Assembly: GCF_003334355.1 (NCBI RefSeq)
Contig: NZ_QOWP01000114.1
Length of the DNA stretch: 338 nt
Strand: one strand, 5' to 3'
Source of the DNA: Escherichia coli
Lineage (GTDB): Bacteria; Pseudomonadota; Gammaproteobacteria; Enterobacterales; Enterobacteriaceae
The position numbers were made by a program, and so were the translations under genes. The notes beneath the pieces are model-generated. The model saw nothing but the letters and a program-made list of their open reading frames with translations. It had not been told where the DNA came from and searched no databases. Below, piece by piece: positions 1 to 338 of this stretch; position 1 is the first letter of the stretch, and each line of letters opens with the position of its first letter.

Positions 1-338
1 CTCAGCATGTGGCCGGATAACCGTATCGCCCGTGACGCGCACTATCTTTACCGGTATGACCGTCACGGCAGGCTGACAGAGAAAACCGACCTCATCCCGG
101 AAGGGGTTATCCGCACGGATGATGAGCGGACTCACCGGTACCATTACGACAGTCAGCACCGGCTGGTGCACTACACGCGGACACAATATGAAGAGCCGCT
201 GGTCGAAAGTCGCTATCTTTACGACCCGCTGGGCCGCAGGGTGGCAAAACGGGTATGGCGGCGTGAACGGGACCTGACGGGCTGGATGTCGCTGTCACGG
301 AAACCGCAAGTGACCTGGTACGGCTGGGACGGCGACCG
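1..338 (+). CDS. Rhs-family / YD-repeat protein, conserved core region; internal fragment, partial at both ends (frame 1, codons at 1..336)
   Basis: Seen in sequence: frame 1 on the + strand has no stop codon across the window (112 codons). Translation: [112 protein letters not shown]. It contains three YD repeats matching the Rhs consensus (RYxYDxxGRL). The stretch [15 protein letters not shown]...VTWYGWDGD matches, from memory, the C-terminal part of the conserved core of E. coli Rhs proteins. I cannot say which paralog (rhsA/B/C/D or other) this is, so no gene symbol is given. About 61% GC fits the known GC-rich composition of rhs cores. Confidence 0.9.
43..75 (+). repeat. YD repeat unit 1 (protein-level), encodes [11 protein letters not shown]
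   Basis: Frame-1 translation of 43..75 is [11 protein letters not shown], matching the Rhs/YD consensus xYxYDxxGRL. This is a periodic motif within the CDS, not a separate genetic element. Confidence 0.65.
136..165 (+). repeat. YD repeat unit 2 (protein-level), encodes [10 protein letters not shown]
   Basis: Frame-1 translation of 136..165 is [10 protein letters not shown], matching RYxYDxxGRL with His in place of Gly. Confidence 0.65.
211..240 (+). repeat. YD repeat unit 3 (protein-level), encodes [10 protein letters not shown]
   Basis: Frame-1 translation of 211..240 is [10 protein letters not shown], matching RYxYDxxGR(L). Spacing from the previous units is 25-30 codons, consistent with degenerate YD-repeat periodicity. 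Confidence 0.7.

Noticed and set aside
7-9. ATG at 7..9 as a possible start codon for the + strand CDS
   Set aside because: Frame 1 is already open upstream to the window edge and the encoded sequence is an internal part of the Rhs core. This is an internal Met codon, and no Shine-Dalgarno-like purine-rich sequence can precede it within only 6 bases of window.
137-142. GGTACC 6-bp palindrome
   Set aside because: A 6-bp palindrome is expected by chance at this length. It lies inside the coding region with no flanking inverted-repeat structure suggesting an operator or terminator.
162-169. Chi-like octamer GCTGGTGC
   Set aside because: It differs from the canonical E. coli Chi site GCTGGTGG at the last base. 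Chi activity is sequence-specific, so this is a near-miss and most likely a chance occurrence in GC-rich coding sequence.
107-298. 63-aa minus-strand ORF from the six-frame track ([63 protein letters not shown])
   Set aside because: It lies entirely antisense to a window-spanning open frame with clear Rhs/YD-repeat protein signatures. Its Ala/Pro/Gly/Ser-rich, low-complexity composition is typical of spurious antisense ORFs in GC-rich coding DNA. No recognisable motif is present and no ribosome-binding site could be assessed.
1-338. Possibility that the window contains a novel or undescribed system
   Set aside because: Everything visible is explained by a well-known conserved Rhs core fragment. 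There is no intergenic space, no second gene and no unexplained structure. Any novelty would reside in the toxin tip and immunity region outside the window.

Overview
The whole window is an internal fragment of one + strand protein-coding gene: the conserved core of an Rhs-family (YD-repeat) polymorphic toxin of the enterobacterial rhs type. Frame 1 is open from base 1 to base 338 with no stop codon, and its translation carries three consecutive RYxYDxxGRL-type YD repeats plus a highly characteristic Rhs core segment ([41 protein letters not shown]). The CDS is truncated at both window edges. The only ORF in the supplied track (minus strand, 107..298) is judged a spurious antisense ORF. No RNA gene, CRISPR, mobile-element terminus, promoter or terminator can be supported. 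The window gives no evidence of a novel system; the variable toxin tip and immunity gene that make Rhs loci interesting lie downstream, outside it. GC content is about 61% by hand count (205/338).
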